Below are positions 12,526-25,647 of a stretch of 64,000 nt of DNA, in pieces. Made by a program: the position numbers and the translations under genes. Where the stretch lies: contig JAWMAR010000026.1 in NCBI GenBank assembly GCA_036785375.1, positions 8,308,001 to 8,372,000 on the forward strand, read 5' to 3'. Positions within the stretch are counted from its first letter, which is position 1. Each line of letters begins with the position of its first letter. The notes under the pieces were generated by a model. It did no database searches. It was given only the letters and a program-made list of their open reading frames with translations, and was not told the DNA's origin. The DNA comes from Leucoraja ocellata (Eukaryota).

Positions 12526-13386
12526 TTTCTTGGTCCGATTTAGGTACAACACAGTTTCCCCTATGTGCATTGTAATAATAATTAAATCCATGTCTTTGAT
12601 ATTGACGCTACTTCCTGGTATCAGTAGCAGATCCAATCCACAGACCTGGACACAAATGCAGGCTAACGTTCTGCTGCTGAATGCGGGCAATGATGTGATA
12701 ATAAACCAAGAACCTCCCTCTCCTCTCAAATCCCCGTGAGAGACTCGGTTGACTATTTCATGAAATGTGCCACGTCCCCTCGAGTTACTTCCATTCTTTT
12801 TGTGAAATCTTGCTGTACATCAGTTGATTGTGCATTTCTATGCTACACCAGTGGCTGCATTTCAAAGGTATTTCATTATTGGGATTTTGGTGGGATCCGA
12901 GAGATAAGTGAATTCCTGGTGCAAAAATGCGAAAATCATTTTCAGAAAACTTTCATGGCTCTTAATTTCTTCTCTTGATGCGCACAAAAATCACAGACTG
13001 GATGAGTGCAGATTCACAACACACAGCAGGAACAACAGTGGGAGATTTTATGTCAGTCAATCAATTTACAAGCTCCTCAGGCAAGGAAAGTTGATGGGAG
13101 TCTGGATAACACAAACTCCAGCCAATTCAAATGCTGACCACTAGTGGTCAACAGTATCAAATGCAAATATTATTTAAAGCAGGAACTAATTGGCTATGCT
13201 CTTTGTCACAGTCGCACATGAGTGTGAAGTTTTGTACAAAGAAAATGGTCTTGGCCACTTCATCCAGGACTTGAGGACTTCTAATCTCTCTAGCAGAGTA
13301 GCCTTGGATCAAAGTGTAAATGTTACATTGTCACAAGTCCATAATCTTGAAGTATTTCATTGATTTTCAGGAAAGCATGATATATA

Positions 13387-13510
13387 GAAGGGTCTTGACC
13401 CGAAACGCCACCCATTCCTTCTCTCCAGAGATGCAGTCTGTCCTGCTGAGTTACTGCAGCATTTTGTGTCTATCTTCAATTTAAACCAGCATCTGCAGTT
13501 CCTTCCTACA
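13387..13510 (+). mobile_element. Short Penelope-terminus-derived unit
   Basis: gaagggtcttgacccgaaacgccaccc...gagttactgcagcattttgtgtc...ccagcatctgcagttccttcctaca. Confidence 0.75.
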
Positions 13511-13520
13511 TTTGATATAT

Positions 13521-14021
13521 AGTGCAAGATTTGGTCCCTAATTTGAGGAAGGACATTATTGCTATTGAGGGAGTGCAGCGTATGTTCACAAGGTTAATTC
13601 CCGGGATGGCGGGACTGTCATATGCAGAGAGAATCGAGCAGCTGGGCTTGTATACTCTAGAATTTATAAGGATGAGAGGGTATCTCATTGAAACATATAA
13701 GATTATTAAGGGTTTGGACACGCTAGAGGCAGGAAATATGTTCCCCATGTTGGGGGAGTTCAGAACGAGGGGCCACAGTTTAAGAGTAAGAGGTAAGACA
13801 TTTAGAACAGAGATGAGGAAATGCTTTTTCCACACAGAGAGTTGTGAGTCTGTGGAATTCTCTGCCTCAGAGGCCGGTTCGCTGGATACTTTCAAGAGAG
13901 ATCTTGATAGGGTTCTTAAAGACAGTGGAGTCAGGGGATATGGGGAGAAGGCAGGAACGGGGATATGATTGTGGATGATCAGCCGAATGGCCTACTCCTG
14001 CACTTATTGTCTAGTGTCTAT
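13521..14021 (+). mobile_element. CR1 LINE 3' fragment
   Basis: ORF 13522-13968, PNLRKDI..EGVQR..LGLYTLE. Confidence 0.9.
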
Positions 14022-14098
14022 TCACTGAGAAACACTATGATAGTTTGCATTAATCTGGAATTTACCCAATGTTGCAGTAATTGTAATGAGTCTCTCAC

Positions 14099-14359
14099 CT
14101 TCGATTTCTTTATCTTCCAGAAATGTTGTAATGTTTTCTTCTCCACCATTTCGCACTAGTCCATGGATATTGTCAAGAGTAATGTCATCCTGGTACCCCT
14201 CACCAACCAAATTTATAATGGTGTCCTCATATTGGTTATTGAATACGGTAAGGAAGACTGTTCCTTCTAAACGTTGAATTATGGTTGGTTGGAATGCAAC
14301 GTCAAATGTTACCTCTTCGCCACTGTTGATGTTAATTGTGAGCATGCAACTTTCCCTTA
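14099..14359 (-). CDS. HYDIN: HYDIN coding exon
   Basis: tttacacag|TA...GAA G|gtgaga, 261 nt. GEEVTFDVAFQP...NNQYEDTIINLVGEGYQDDITLDNIHGLV. Confidence 0.95.
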
Positions 14360-14423
14360 CTGTGTAAAAGTATAAAATTAGTTTTGTGGCCATAATAGTA
14401 TTTTGTCAAAAAATGTCAACTGC

Positions 14424-14428
<5 letters not shown>

Positions 14429-14476
<48 letters not shown>
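14429..14476. repeat. (TA)n microsatellite
   Basis: Read directly from the sequence. Confidence 0.95.
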
Positions 14477-14478
<2 letters not shown>

Positions 14479-16679
14479 GCACTGAATTATGCATAACGTA
14501 ATAGAATGGCTTAGAAGTACAGTGCACTAATTATTAACTTTGGCTTCTTCCACAGTACCTCCCAAAGCTGTAGCATCTCCCACCAAGAACAACAAGGACC
14601 AGGTGCATGGGAAGATCCCCACTTCTAGGTACCCCTTCATGCTACACACTAACACAATTTGGAAATACATTAGCAGTCCTTCAACGTTGCTGGCTCTAAA
14701 TCCTGGAACACCCTGCACCACAGAACTGTAGGAGTACCGTCACCAGAAGGACTGCAGTCACTCGAGATGCTGGTCTTACAAGTAAAACACAAATTGCGGG
14801 AAATGTATTTAAAAAAACAAAGATAATCCAGTCGAGGACTTGGCACTGATATTTGTGCCAATGGGAAATAAATTGGTTTGCCTCTTTGGAAGCTGCAGGT
14901 AAAATCAATGCAAAGACAGCACAATTGACTGAAAAATAGTAACAGCAGTAGAAAATTCGTGGTGAGGTTGCCTGTAAATTTATCCAGCAGCTCTGAGCAC
15001 CTTTAAATCTAGTTACCATAAGGAATCTTAGAAGAGCAGGAAACTGGGCGTGCAAACAGAATGATTACTGCCAATACTCACTGGCTTCTTGCTCGGTGAG
15101 TCCTGCCTTCAATATCAGTGTCATTAGTTGGAGGAAGTTCCTTGGCAATAATTTAACTTTTCTACTGTGCGCAGGGTTGGAGTTTGGAGGTCCCGGTAAT
15201 GTTGCTTACAGTGACAGTGCATGAGGAAAATAAAATGACCTGTTGAAAAAGTGGCTTCCTGACTTCTAATTTTATATATTCAAGGGATGGGGATGTCAAT
15301 GGTAAAGTTAATGTTTATTATCTCTCCCAAATTTCCATTTGGAATGAGGGAGTTTCCAGGCCATTTGAGTGGATTGGGAAATACTAACCATCTTGGTGGT
15401 CTCACGTCACACTTGGCTTGAGAAGATAAGGATGGCAGATTTGTTCTTTGAATAACATTGAGTTGTTCTAGCAGTCTGATTATTTACTTGTCTCTGTTCT
15501 GGCAGTAGCTTTCATTTTAGAGTTGTTTAATTCCACAAATTTGGATTCTTCCCCCCCCCACCCCCCACTGGCACATGGGAATCCAACTCATCCGATCAAT
15601 ACTCAAGGTTCTACAGACCATGAATCATCATGCTGAAAATGAATTCATAGCCAAGAATGAAGTACAGACCTATTTGGAGTGTTCAGAATCCCCAAAATAA
15701 TGTAATTGCAGTTTCCAATATTAATAATTATGCCAGGATTATAATATGTACAATATTAATACGACAACTGGTTAACATCCTAAACCACACGCATCAAAAT
15801 TGTAAAACAATCTTCTCCAACTAAACCACCACCATCTCCCATTAAAAAATCCCACCTGAAACTAATGAAGACAAATTCTAAACCAATTAGAACCCCCCTC
15901 CCCCCCCACCACCCAAATTAACAATAACCTCAGCCAGCCAACCGCTGTGGCTATGTACCCATTGCCAGTACATCCAGGGTCAAGGCAGCCACTGTGCATC
16001 TACTCCCAGTACATCTAGGAAACATTCATTCCCATAATTCAAAGAATAAATCTATATATAATCGCATATCTAATGGTCAACTCAGCCAAAAGTTCATCAA
16101 TTCAACCTGAACCTATCTAAACTCAATCACGGCCCAAACTGAAATAAACACTTACGACCCATTTATAATAAGTGCCCATCCCATAAGAGCGAGAGGCAGA
16201 CCATGGTCCCGTCAGAAACTACCAACCTAATTTGAATCCTCAGCAAACCCATGCAACAGGAATACAAAGCACCCACTCAGAATAAACTCATAACTAAATC
16301 GGAATATCATCTGAATGGAAACTGACCTAACTGGGTCATATTTAACCAGACCACAGTACATCACAGAAGTAATTAGAACACTGTCACAACTCACACAGAT
16401 AATTATGCCTAAGTAAACCATTCACTTCCTCAACTTCATTATCTGTACTTCAGGGCACAGGTGGGCAACTACAGACTTCCAGAACTACCATGACTGTTAC
16501 TTCACCCAGAATTCTATTTCATTCTCCAATTTTTCCGTGTCCAGCTCATCTATTCTGTTGAATTCATCTAATGCACCAGTGCGTCTCAGAAATCTCCCCT
16601 TTTCCCTCAGTCGTGGTTTTACTTCCATCATAGTTGACAAGCGTGTTTGTTTCATTTCCTGTTCTCACCCAGAACACAA

Positions 16680-17215
16680 ATCCATTCCTCATCCTCAGTG
16701 CCCATCCAGCCAGTCTCTCCATTCAATGGATATATCTTGGCAGGACACATTGTCTCCCCCTCTCTATTTTCAATTCCCTGAGGAAGCCTCAACTGAAGAG
16801 GGGTCCAATCTTTTACCTGCACCAACACTCCCTTTCTCATGGTATCCACCCAATGCATTACCCGCCCTCTTACCTCCTCCCTCTCCAAGAGCCCAAATTA
16901 TACTTTGAGATGAAATATGGATTTCTTTATCTCGTTTCCAGTTTTGTGTGGTTTATCACTCACAGTGTGGTCTCCCCTACACTGGGGGGGATCAAACACA
17001 TATTGGGTGACCACTTTGCATGCAGTCCACAATGATGACCCTGAACTTCCAAGCGCCTGTCATTTAAAGTTCTCCATTCCACTCTCACTCTGACCTCTCA
17101 GACTAGCCTCACACACAGCTCCAATTAAGTTAATTGAGGAACAGCACCATTGCTTGTCGGTGACATAATGGAACTATCAAGCACTCAACAGTAAATCAGA
17201 CAGTTTCCGTTAATC
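16680..17215 (+). mobile_element. Degraded Penelope-like element
   Basis: Decayed counterpart of the GIY-YIG region at 36030-36430 (cagtgtggtctcccctacactggggg..ttgggtgaccactttgca..cactctgacctctc). Confidence 0.6.
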
Positions 17216-17523
17216 AGCTATACTAGTTTTGTATCTCGTATATATTTTTGTCCTTTGGTCGTTTGGTATTTCAGATCTCTATTTACGCGTCTTTCAGATG
17301 TGCCTCTTTCATTCAATAATGTTTCAGCCTGCTCCATCCTTTATAGTTATCATGCAATCTCTCTCTCTTTGTATCTCATCCCAGACACTTTTCCTTCTGT
17401 CTTCCCCTCTCTGCAACTCAAGAAAAGTTTGATTTCCATTTTTATCTAATTCTAGATTTCCACCAGCTTCAGTTTTATTGATATTTTTATTGTTTGACTT
17501 TATTGTTAGATTCTGGTTGTTAC

Positions 17524-17635
17524 CTCTGCTTGGGTCCTTTTCTTTGATGTAATGGTCTTTAGGATAGAGGCATACAGTACCAATACATTGCTTGAGAGAA
17601 AATACTCCATGATCATCAGAAAGATTGATCGATAC
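17524..17635 (-). CDS. HYDIN: HYDIN coding exon
   Basis: tttttcatgacag|GTA...AGA G|gtaaca, 112 nt, phase 0 to 1. VSINLSDDHGVFSLKQCIGTVCLYPKDHYIKEKDPSR (not in the ORF track in this frame). Confidence 0.88.
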
Positions 17636-17772
17636 CTGTCATGAAAAACACCCAGCACACAGTTTATTTGAGTATGATCGACAAACCAAGAAATATACAC
17701 ATGCTTGGACATTTTTAAATGTCCTCCCTCCATCATTTTCTGAGAAAACAAATTAGCCAACAGGTATCAATA

Positions 17773-17958
17773 GAAGGTACACAATAATGCTGGAAAAACT
17801 CAGCGGGTGCAGCAGCATCTATGGAGCGAAGGAAATAGGCAATGTTTCGGGCCGAAACGTTGCTTATTTCCTTCGCTCCATAGATGCTGCTGCACCCGCT
17901 GAATTTCTCCAGCATTTTTGTGTACCTTCGATTTTCCAGCATCTGCAGTTCCTTCTTA
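17773..17958. mobile_element. Fold-back miniature element made of two head-to-head Penelope-terminus units, with 14-bp TSD
   Basis: 78-bp inverted arms (17773-17850 and 17852-17929), flanked by aacaggtatcaata at 17759-17772 and 17959-17972. Confidence 0.85.
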
Positions 17959-18564
17959 AACAGGTATCAATATAATGTCTAATAATAAAAGTAGTATAAA
18001 GGTTTTGCAAATGAATAGCAAGGCATGCTGTTTCTTATAGAGGCACAAATCAATTAAAATTGCACAAATATTTTTGTTCAAAATGCATATATTACAAAAT
18101 GTAGAGCCAGCCAAATATTGAAAATCAAAGTTAAATTTCATTGAGGGATGAGAAATATCTGGCCAATGTCTACATTTCTTCTTCATTTTGTTCATGCATA
18201 AAATGAGGAAGAGATGTACGCAGAAACTCTCTTGTCTTTGACAAGCATTCAAAGGGTGTGCACTCCTTGGTTCAAAACTTTTAAATTCTGACCATGCATT
18301 ACAAATTAATAATAGATTCCCCGAGTTCTCTTAGTTTGAGTCTACACTTTTTCAGAGCCTCAGCAAATCCCCTCTAACTTCTCAATGGTCTTCCCATTCA
18401 TAATTAATGATGGACAGTTCCCCAAATTAATTGCTTAAAAACTAAATGAGTCCCTCACTTCAACTTCCACTGAATTAAAATAACAAAATCCTGAACTTCT
18501 TTATCCATGATTATTTACTATGATCCATTAAATAATAGATATAATGCAAGGCAACAACTTCAGT

Positions 18565-18592
18565 CTGAAGAAGGGTCTCGACCCGAAACATC
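18565..18592 (+). ncRNA. Minimal hammerhead-ribozyme-like motif in a Penelope-terminus unit
   Basis: CTGAAGA-A-GGGTC-tc-GACCC-GAAAC-ATC. Confidence 0.45.
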
Positions 18593-20159
18593 ACCCATTT
18601 CTTCTCTTCAAAGATGTTATTCGTACCACTATTCCTGTATTTTGTGTCTAGCAACAACTTACAATGTATCCAAGTTAGATTCACAGTTTTTGAAACTTTA
18701 TCTTGATCACCAAAGAGTGTCTTTCAAACACAGGTTGTCTCCAAACAGCCTCTTCAGACTGCCTTGCACGACTGCTAAGTATCATAATTCTCTGTAGGGT
18801 TTGGGGCAACTGTGCCGAGTGTCTGGATATTGTTAACTGTACTCATCTCCATAAATATGGATATGATGAGTTTCGAGGGAGCAGCAATGTACTTGTCACA
18901 GTGCCATCATCCCATCTCAAGGTGCCCCATTCATGCAGCTTTTTCTATTCCACGCATAAAATATCGTGATTCTCCATTAGAAGGGTTATTAATTCTAGCT
19001 TGCATGGATGAATGCACATACTTTGCACAACGACCACAGCTGTTGTAATAAACTGTGTTTTCATCAAACCATCTGTTGCAGGAGATAGACATAAAGATCA
19101 TTGTCACACATTGACTGATCCACTAAATTGAATGGATTGGCATATGGACATTAGCTAGTGCAGTTGGCATGAGGTTACTTTTATGCCTTTACCCTCCAGC
19201 CTCAGATTCATTCTGATATCAGGGGAAGATTATCACATATCATTGAATCAAACTCCAATTAATATGATTGAGGAATGTGTTAGGTTCCAAACTAAATCAA
19301 CCTCAACGATAGCCACTTATCTATGACCCCGATTATACTTTGCCACTTCAGGTAGACAAAATCTACTCATGAAATTGTGCATCACTGCTTAAAAATAAGG
19401 TATTGCCTATGATAGGACACAGTTGATGTAACTTTTTTACTGGAATGTTTGCGAGTCAGTTGAACATAGAGTAATGAAAGCAGAGCCTTTGAATATTAAA
19501 AAAGAGGTGGATAGGTTTTTGATATGGGTTTGAAAAGTGGCCACGGATAAGATGGAATGCAGATTTGAGTTTTGCAATCAGATCAGCAATCATTTTATTA
19601 AATGCCGGAGTGGCCTGTAAGGCTGAGGGGCTTACTCCTGCTCTTAATTCTCATCTTCATAAAACCGTACAATAGGGCTCATCCAGATTGTAAACTGTGC
19701 CTAAAAGGTAGAACTCTTAAAAAGTCTGCCATTATATTACTTCAAGCAACATTGGCAGTTGTTTGCAGAAGAGTGAATTAAAATCCTGTTGGCAGGATCA
19801 AACCCAGGTCTCTGGTGCTGTTAGGCAGCAATTATATCGGTGCGCCACCTCATTCTTCCAGCTATCTTCAACTATTACTTAACCTTCAATTCTACCTTCA
19901 ATCTAAGGACAACATTTTCATACTGCTGGTCACCGAGAGGCAACCCACAGATCAATTCTTTGACACTGGTGTGCAGTTTCAGACATTGGTGTTAAGACTG
20001 AGGCGATTAACATCAGCGCCTGATTCTGTTCAATAATTAAACTATTTTGTAGAAAATAACCAAGCAAATGTGAGGTACATTGAAAACAGTAGACATATTT
20101 CTGTGTCCATACTAATGTGCTTTACCACTGAATATTCAATCGGGGAGTTCACTATTTAC

Positions 20160-20346
20160 CTTTGCAGGTAAGGTACCATCATTTTTCAGGACAATGGGTA
20201 GCTTCTGTGTTTGACCCAACAGTAAACGTGAGTATATAAGCAAAGGATGTCCTATCGTATTACGCAGAAGAGGCCGAAGGATATTAATCCTCGGCAGGTT
20301 GCCATCCCCAACAATATCAAACGCCAGCGATTTGCTCTTTGGTAAA
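20160..20346 (-). CDS. HYDIN: HYDIN coding exon
   Basis: ttttgtag|T TTA...AAG|gtaaat, 187 nt. LPKSKSLAFDIVGDGNLPRINILRP...RLLLGQTQKLPIVLKNDGTLPAK. Confidence 0.95.
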
Positions 20347-20519
20347 CTACAAAAGAAGGATGGTAAGAGGATGCAATTTTTCAATTGGAAAATACATTCA
20401 GATTTCTCTTTTTTTTACTCTCTTTAATATCATAATTTTTTGGGGGAAGTGGATGGGGAGGGGAAAGGAGGTGAGAGGAGGGGAAGGGAGGGGAGAGGAT
20501 GGGAGAGGATGTGAGGAGA

Positions 20520-20673
20520 NNNNNNNNNNNNNNNNNNNNNNNNNNNNNNNNNNNNNNNNNNNNNNNNNNNNNNNNNNNNNNNNNNNNNNNNNNNNNNNNN
20601 NNNNNNNNNNNNNNNNNNNNNNNNNNNNNNNNNNNNNNNNNNNNNNNNNNNNNNNNNNNNNNNNNNNNNNNNN
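20520..20673. other. Assembly gap (N run)
   Basis: 154 N following a purine-rich tract. Confidence 0.99.
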
Positions 20674-21052
20674 TTTCCCTTTGCAGTCTTTAGAAAGACT
20701 GGGCTGCCGGGACAAGCACCACACTGCCAGTGTATCCTTTTTGAAGTCAAGACTGAGCTATTGGGACAAGCCCAAGACCCTCACGTCCTGCTCACCTACC
20801 CAAAGACAACAAGGGACTGTGAGTCCCACATGAGGAACAAATACTTTTTTGCCAGGGAAAGCCTGAGATTGCTAGTGAGTCCAAGACTGGGCCATCGGGA
20901 TATGCCCGGGATTGCCAGTTTCTTCTCGTCATTGTCGGACTCAGTATAAATAAGCAGTTTCATGTGACTTCACCTTACCACGGTGTAGTCATTATCAACC
21001 AGGCATCTTTGCTGATGCCACACTATGTAATTTCTGTTCAATGATGGCATAC

Positions 21053-21204
21053 CCAGATGTTGCTTCCACAATAGCTTCAAATAGACACTGATAAGTCTGC
21101 ATTGTTGGAGGAGTGAACCTGACCACTACAAATTTATGACCATAACTGGGGACGTTCAGTCGGGTAGGCTCCACTTCAAAAATATCAACAATCCGAGCTG
21201 CTAT
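21053..21204 (-). CDS. HYDIN: HYDIN coding exon
   Basis: tttgcag|ATA...TCT GG|gtatgc, 152 nt. IAARIVDIFEVEPTRLNVPSYGHKFVVVRFTPPTMQTYQCLFEA. Confidence 0.95.
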
Positions 21205-21511
21205 CTGCAAACAAAAACAAAACATTTTGGACTTTAAATTGTCATAAATAAAATGTATTATAAATATTAAATGAACTGTTGCAACTCTAAACATTGGAGC
21301 TAAAGACCTCGGGGCTGGGACTATTTTGCCTGGGACATAGGCAGTTGAGGGGTGACTTTAATGGAGGTTCAGAAAATCATGAGGGCATAAATAAGGTCAG
21401 AGACCTTTTCCCAGGGTAATGAAATCCAAAACTAGACGGTATATCTTCAAGGTGAGAGGGGGGAAAAGAGTTAAGAGCAGGTTTTTCTATACAGGAAGGT
21501 GAGTATATGGA

Positions 21512-22852
21512 ATGAAGGGAGCGAAGCAGAAGAGTGGAAACTATAGACCTGTTAGCCTGACTTCAGTGGTCAGTAAGATTTGGGAGCCCATTATCAAGGA
21601 TGAGGTTTCTGAGTACGTAGAAGCTCATGATAAAACAGGCCGAAGTTGGAATGGTTTTTGTGAAAGGAAGATCTTGTCTGCCGAACCTGTTGGAATTCTT
21701 TGAGGAAGTAAATAGCATGATAGATAAAGGATAGTCAGTGGATGTGGTTAATCTGGATTTTCAGAAGACCTTTGATAAGGTGCTGCACGTGAGGCAGAAG
21801 GCAAAGAGTGGCAATAAAAGGGCCTTTTTCTGGTTGGCTGCCAGTAACTTGGTGTTCTGCAGGGGTCGCTACTCTTCACGTTGTGTATCAATGATTTGGA
21901 TAAGGGAATCGAAGGCTTTGTGGCCAAGTTTGCAGATGATACGAAGATAGGTGGAGGGGCAGGTAGCGGAGAGAAAGCCAGGACTGTCTGCAGAAGGATA
22001 TGGACAGGTTGGGGGAGTGGGCAAAGAAGTGGCAGATGGAATACGAGATAGCAAAGTGTGGAGTCATGTATTTTGATAGTAGGAATAAAGGCGTAGACTA
22101 TTTTCCAAATGGGGACAGCATTCCAAAATCCGAGGTGCAAAGAGACTTGCGAGTACTGGTGCAGGATTCACAAAAGGTTAATTTGCAAGTCAAATTTGTA
22201 GCAAGGAAGGTGAACGCAATGCTGGCATTTATTTTGAATGGGATAGAATATAAAATCAGGGATGCAATGCTGAGTCTTTATAAGGCACTGGCCAAACTGC
22301 ATCTGGAGTACTGTGAGTAGATGTGGGCACCTGTATCAGAGGAAGGATGTGCTGGCGTTGGAGAGTCCAGAGGAGGTTTACCACAAACATCCCAGGAATG
22401 ATTGGGTGAACATATGATGAGCATTTGACGGCACTGGGTCTGTACTCACTGATGATTAGAAGATTAGTGAGGGAGGACCATTGAAATTTACCAAATATCG
22501 AAAGGCCTGGATAGTGGATGTGGAGAGGATGTTTCCATTAGTGGGAGAGTTTAGGACCAGAGGCCATAGCCTCAGTATAAAAAGCCACACCTTTGGGAAG
22601 GAGATGAGGAGGAATTTCTCTTGTCAGAGGGTGGTAAATCTGTGGAATTTATTGCCACAGAAGGTTGTGGAGGCCAAGCCAGTGGATATTTTTAAGGTGG
22701 AGTTTGATAGATTCTTGATTAGCACAGGTGTTAGGGATTATGGGGAGAAGGCAAGAGAATGGGGTTGAGAGGGAAAGATACCTCAGACATGATTGAATGG
22801 CAAAGTGGATTTGGTGGGCCAATTGGCCCAATTCTGCTCCTATAACATGAAC
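21512..22852 (+). mobile_element. CR1 LINE RT-to-3' fragment, degraded
   Basis: GNYRPVSLTSVV, LDFQKTFDKV and KFADDT-type motifs across frames. Confidence 0.88.
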
Positions 22853-23210
22853 ATCGAGTCATGGTCAGACAGTGTGGAAACAGGCCCATTGGCCCAACAT
22901 ACCCACTCCGGCCAACATCTTCCAGCTACACTAGTCCCACCTGCCTGTGGCCCATATTCCTCTAAACCTATCCTATCTATGTACATGTCTAATTGTTCCT
23001 TTAATGTGGCAATAGTCCCTGCCTCAACTACCTCCTCTGGTGGCTCGTTCCAAACCTTTGTGTGAAACATTTACCTCTCATATTCCTGTTAAATTTTTTC
23101 CCCTTCACCTTAAACCTATGTCCTCCGGTCCTCGATTCCCCTACTCTGGGCAAGAGGCTCTGTGCATCTACCCAATCTATTCCTCTCATGATTTTATACA
23201 CCTCTATAAC
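22853..23210 (-). mobile_element. CR1-family 3' fragment (older subfamily), tail-to-tail with the previous element
   Basis: Minus-strand peptide WNEPPEEVVEAGTIATLKEQLDMY; ggaaacaggcccattggccca tail. Confidence 0.75.
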
Positions 23211-23320
23211 ATCTCTATAAGAATATTTTCTGTGAAAAGGACAGTGAAAAAGTAAGACTCTCCAATAAGTACAACATTACTTTTGGTAAGTCACAATCAC
23301 TACTTTTGGTAAGTCTTTAC

Positions 23321-23556
23321 CTTGTTAGATATTGGCTTGACGGACACTACTACATCCGCGTTGACTTTGCCTACGTTGATGATCCTGAAACGGGCTTCAG
23401 CCTGATCTCCAACATAAACGTTATGGAAGAGAAATTTCTTTTCATCCTCTATGTAGATTCCACTGGTCTGCACGGTCTGCAAGCATTGGTGAAGATTGAT
23501 GTTTTGGCAAATGAAATGTTCCTCAAAGATGGAAGGAATGTCATCCACCACAATAT
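23321..23556 (-). CDS. HYDIN: HYDIN coding exon
   Basis: ttatctag|AT...AAG|gtaaag, 236 nt. IFEEHFICQN...EDEKKFLFHNVYVGDQAEARFRIINVGK...KPISNK. Confidence 0.95.
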
Positions 23557-25442
23557 CTAGATAAGCAAATGCAACTGATTACACATGATGAAAGAAAAAT
23601 CCCCAAGGTTTTGCATAGGGTAAGAATGACAACAAAAATCTCCTCAGGAATGGGGTGGTTAAACCTAATGTTTGCATTGTTCAAGACCAATATCTTTCTC
23701 TCAGTAGACATTTCTAAACTGAAGTTCAAGCCAGAAAATCATCGGACCTGTCTGAAAGGTAAGGCCCAAGCAAATTCAATCCAACTTTTTTTCAAATGGG
23801 ATAAGATCATCGCCAATCCTTCTATTACAGAACATACTCCAGTAAATTGCATATTTTTGTGGTCTGTAATCTGCTAGACATTTCACAAAATGTTAGAAAA
23901 TATAAAGATTATTTGGTACAAACTAGAAAGTGGCATTGAAAAAGAGGCAATCTGATCATGAGAGACAGGCAGAAAGGAGAGGGGCTGAATAGTACAGAAG
24001 ACGGTGCAGAGATACACGAGAGGGGACATAGGAATGGATGCAGGAATAGTAGACCATGTGGTCTAGGATTCCATTAGATAGTAAACTGTTATCATAGGTT
24101 TGTCACATGGATGGATCAAATGCTTCTTCAGACTTATGGAGTCTGATGTGCCTCCAGTTTTGTGGTTGACCCTGCATTATCTCAAAGGCCAATGTATTCT
24201 AACTAAATTGCAGAGCCTGGAAATGAACATATGATGCATACTAAACAGTTTTCTCTAAAAGTAGCAATATTTTCAACACATTGTATTTTTAGCTACCTTG
24301 AATTGAAAGCAAACATTCCACTTGCCTCTGTAACTTCACTTGCACACATCCAGCAGAAGGCAGAATGACAGAGATGGAGCAGCCTTATCCCACATAATTA
24401 CTACTGGATTCCAGGACAATGAACATCAGTGAGACCCAATCATAGAAACTGCAACATACTCATCTCCAGCATAGAAAACAAACAATGGATTTTTAATTCA
24501 GACTTAGCTGGTATTTAATTGCGCATCTTTAATTGTCCCTGAGAAGGTGGTAGTGACCTGTGCTGTGAATTGGTGCATATCTTCAGAGGTGGGGCTACCA
24601 CAATGTTGTTCAGAAGATAGTTACAGAATTTTGACCGAGTGACAGTGGCCTTAGTGATATATTTCCAGTTCAGTATGATGTGTGGCTTGGAGGGCAACAT
24701 CAAGATGTAGGTGTTCCCCATGTTTTTGCTGTCCTTGTCCTTACAGCTGGTAGAGGTGGTGAGTTTGGAAAGTGCTTCTTAGTAAGTTTCACATACAAGG
24801 AATTTGCCTTGGTGCTCCGCCCACAAGCAACAACATGACATACAGTGAGTCTTGGTGGGTTGCTGTAGGGCATTCTGTAGATGGTACAAATTGCTGCATC
24901 AGTTGCAGAGTGAGGGAATTGTTATGGAAGAGGTGTCTATCAAATGGGCTGCTACATCCTATATGGTGTTGAGCTCCTTGAGTGGTGTTGAAGCACCACT
25001 CATCCAGGGAAATGGAGAGTATTCCAATTCACCCCTGACAAGCCTTATAGATTGTGATGAATATCAACAAAGTTCATGGGGCCAAGGTAGGAAGCTCAGT
25101 ATTTTAAAGGCTCCCAAACAAATTCACCAATCTCTCTCTCCAGAATCTGTTCCCAACACTCTCTGATCATTCAGTCTGGGATCTGTGTGTGTCTCGGTTT
25201 TTCTTCATCCGCCACAGGTTCCATGGTCTTGGCTACCAAAGACCTTAGCTTTCAAATTCTCTCCCAACACAACTCAATCACTTTCACCCTCATCAACGCA
25301 CTGTTCAAAAGATATCTTTACATTTTTTTTGGCCTTAGTCAACGTCTCTCCTTACCAGCTTAAACGACCAACGCCATTTGATTTCATAAATGCTAGATTT
25401 ATTTGAAAATTTGTGACTGAGCTTTGGTCTGTTTGAACATAC

Positions 25443-25647
25443 TTGGTGCACAACATTCGATGATCATCCAGTATGGGATACCAGTTGGATTGTCTTTCGG
25501 GTCCCGGTCAATAACATCAATGTTCAAGACCTCTTCATGCCTCCCGATCTGGTCTCCAGAGCTTTCCACTGTGATGACCAATTGTCCTCCAGGAGGCACT
25601 AATCCGTAACCAGGGAAAACTGTGAATATTCCAATAGTCAAACGTGC
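25443..25647 (-). CDS. HYDIN: HYDIN coding exon
   Basis: ccatgcag|GCA...CCA A|gtatgt, 205 nt. ARLTIGIFTVFPGYGLVPPGGQLVITVE...DRDPKDNPTGIPY. Confidence 0.95.

Noticed and set aside
16500-16650. Possible missing HYDIN exon
   Set aside because: The required exon was found at 17524-17635; this segment adjoins a Penelope remnant and lacks similarity.
17773-17929. Possible miRNA gene
   Set aside because: The hairpin is a TE-derived fold-back with a TSD; no evidence of precise processing can be read from sequence.
20339-20833. ORFs spanning the N run
   Set aside because: Artifacts of translating through an assembly gap; the same applies to ORFs crossing 59554-59753.
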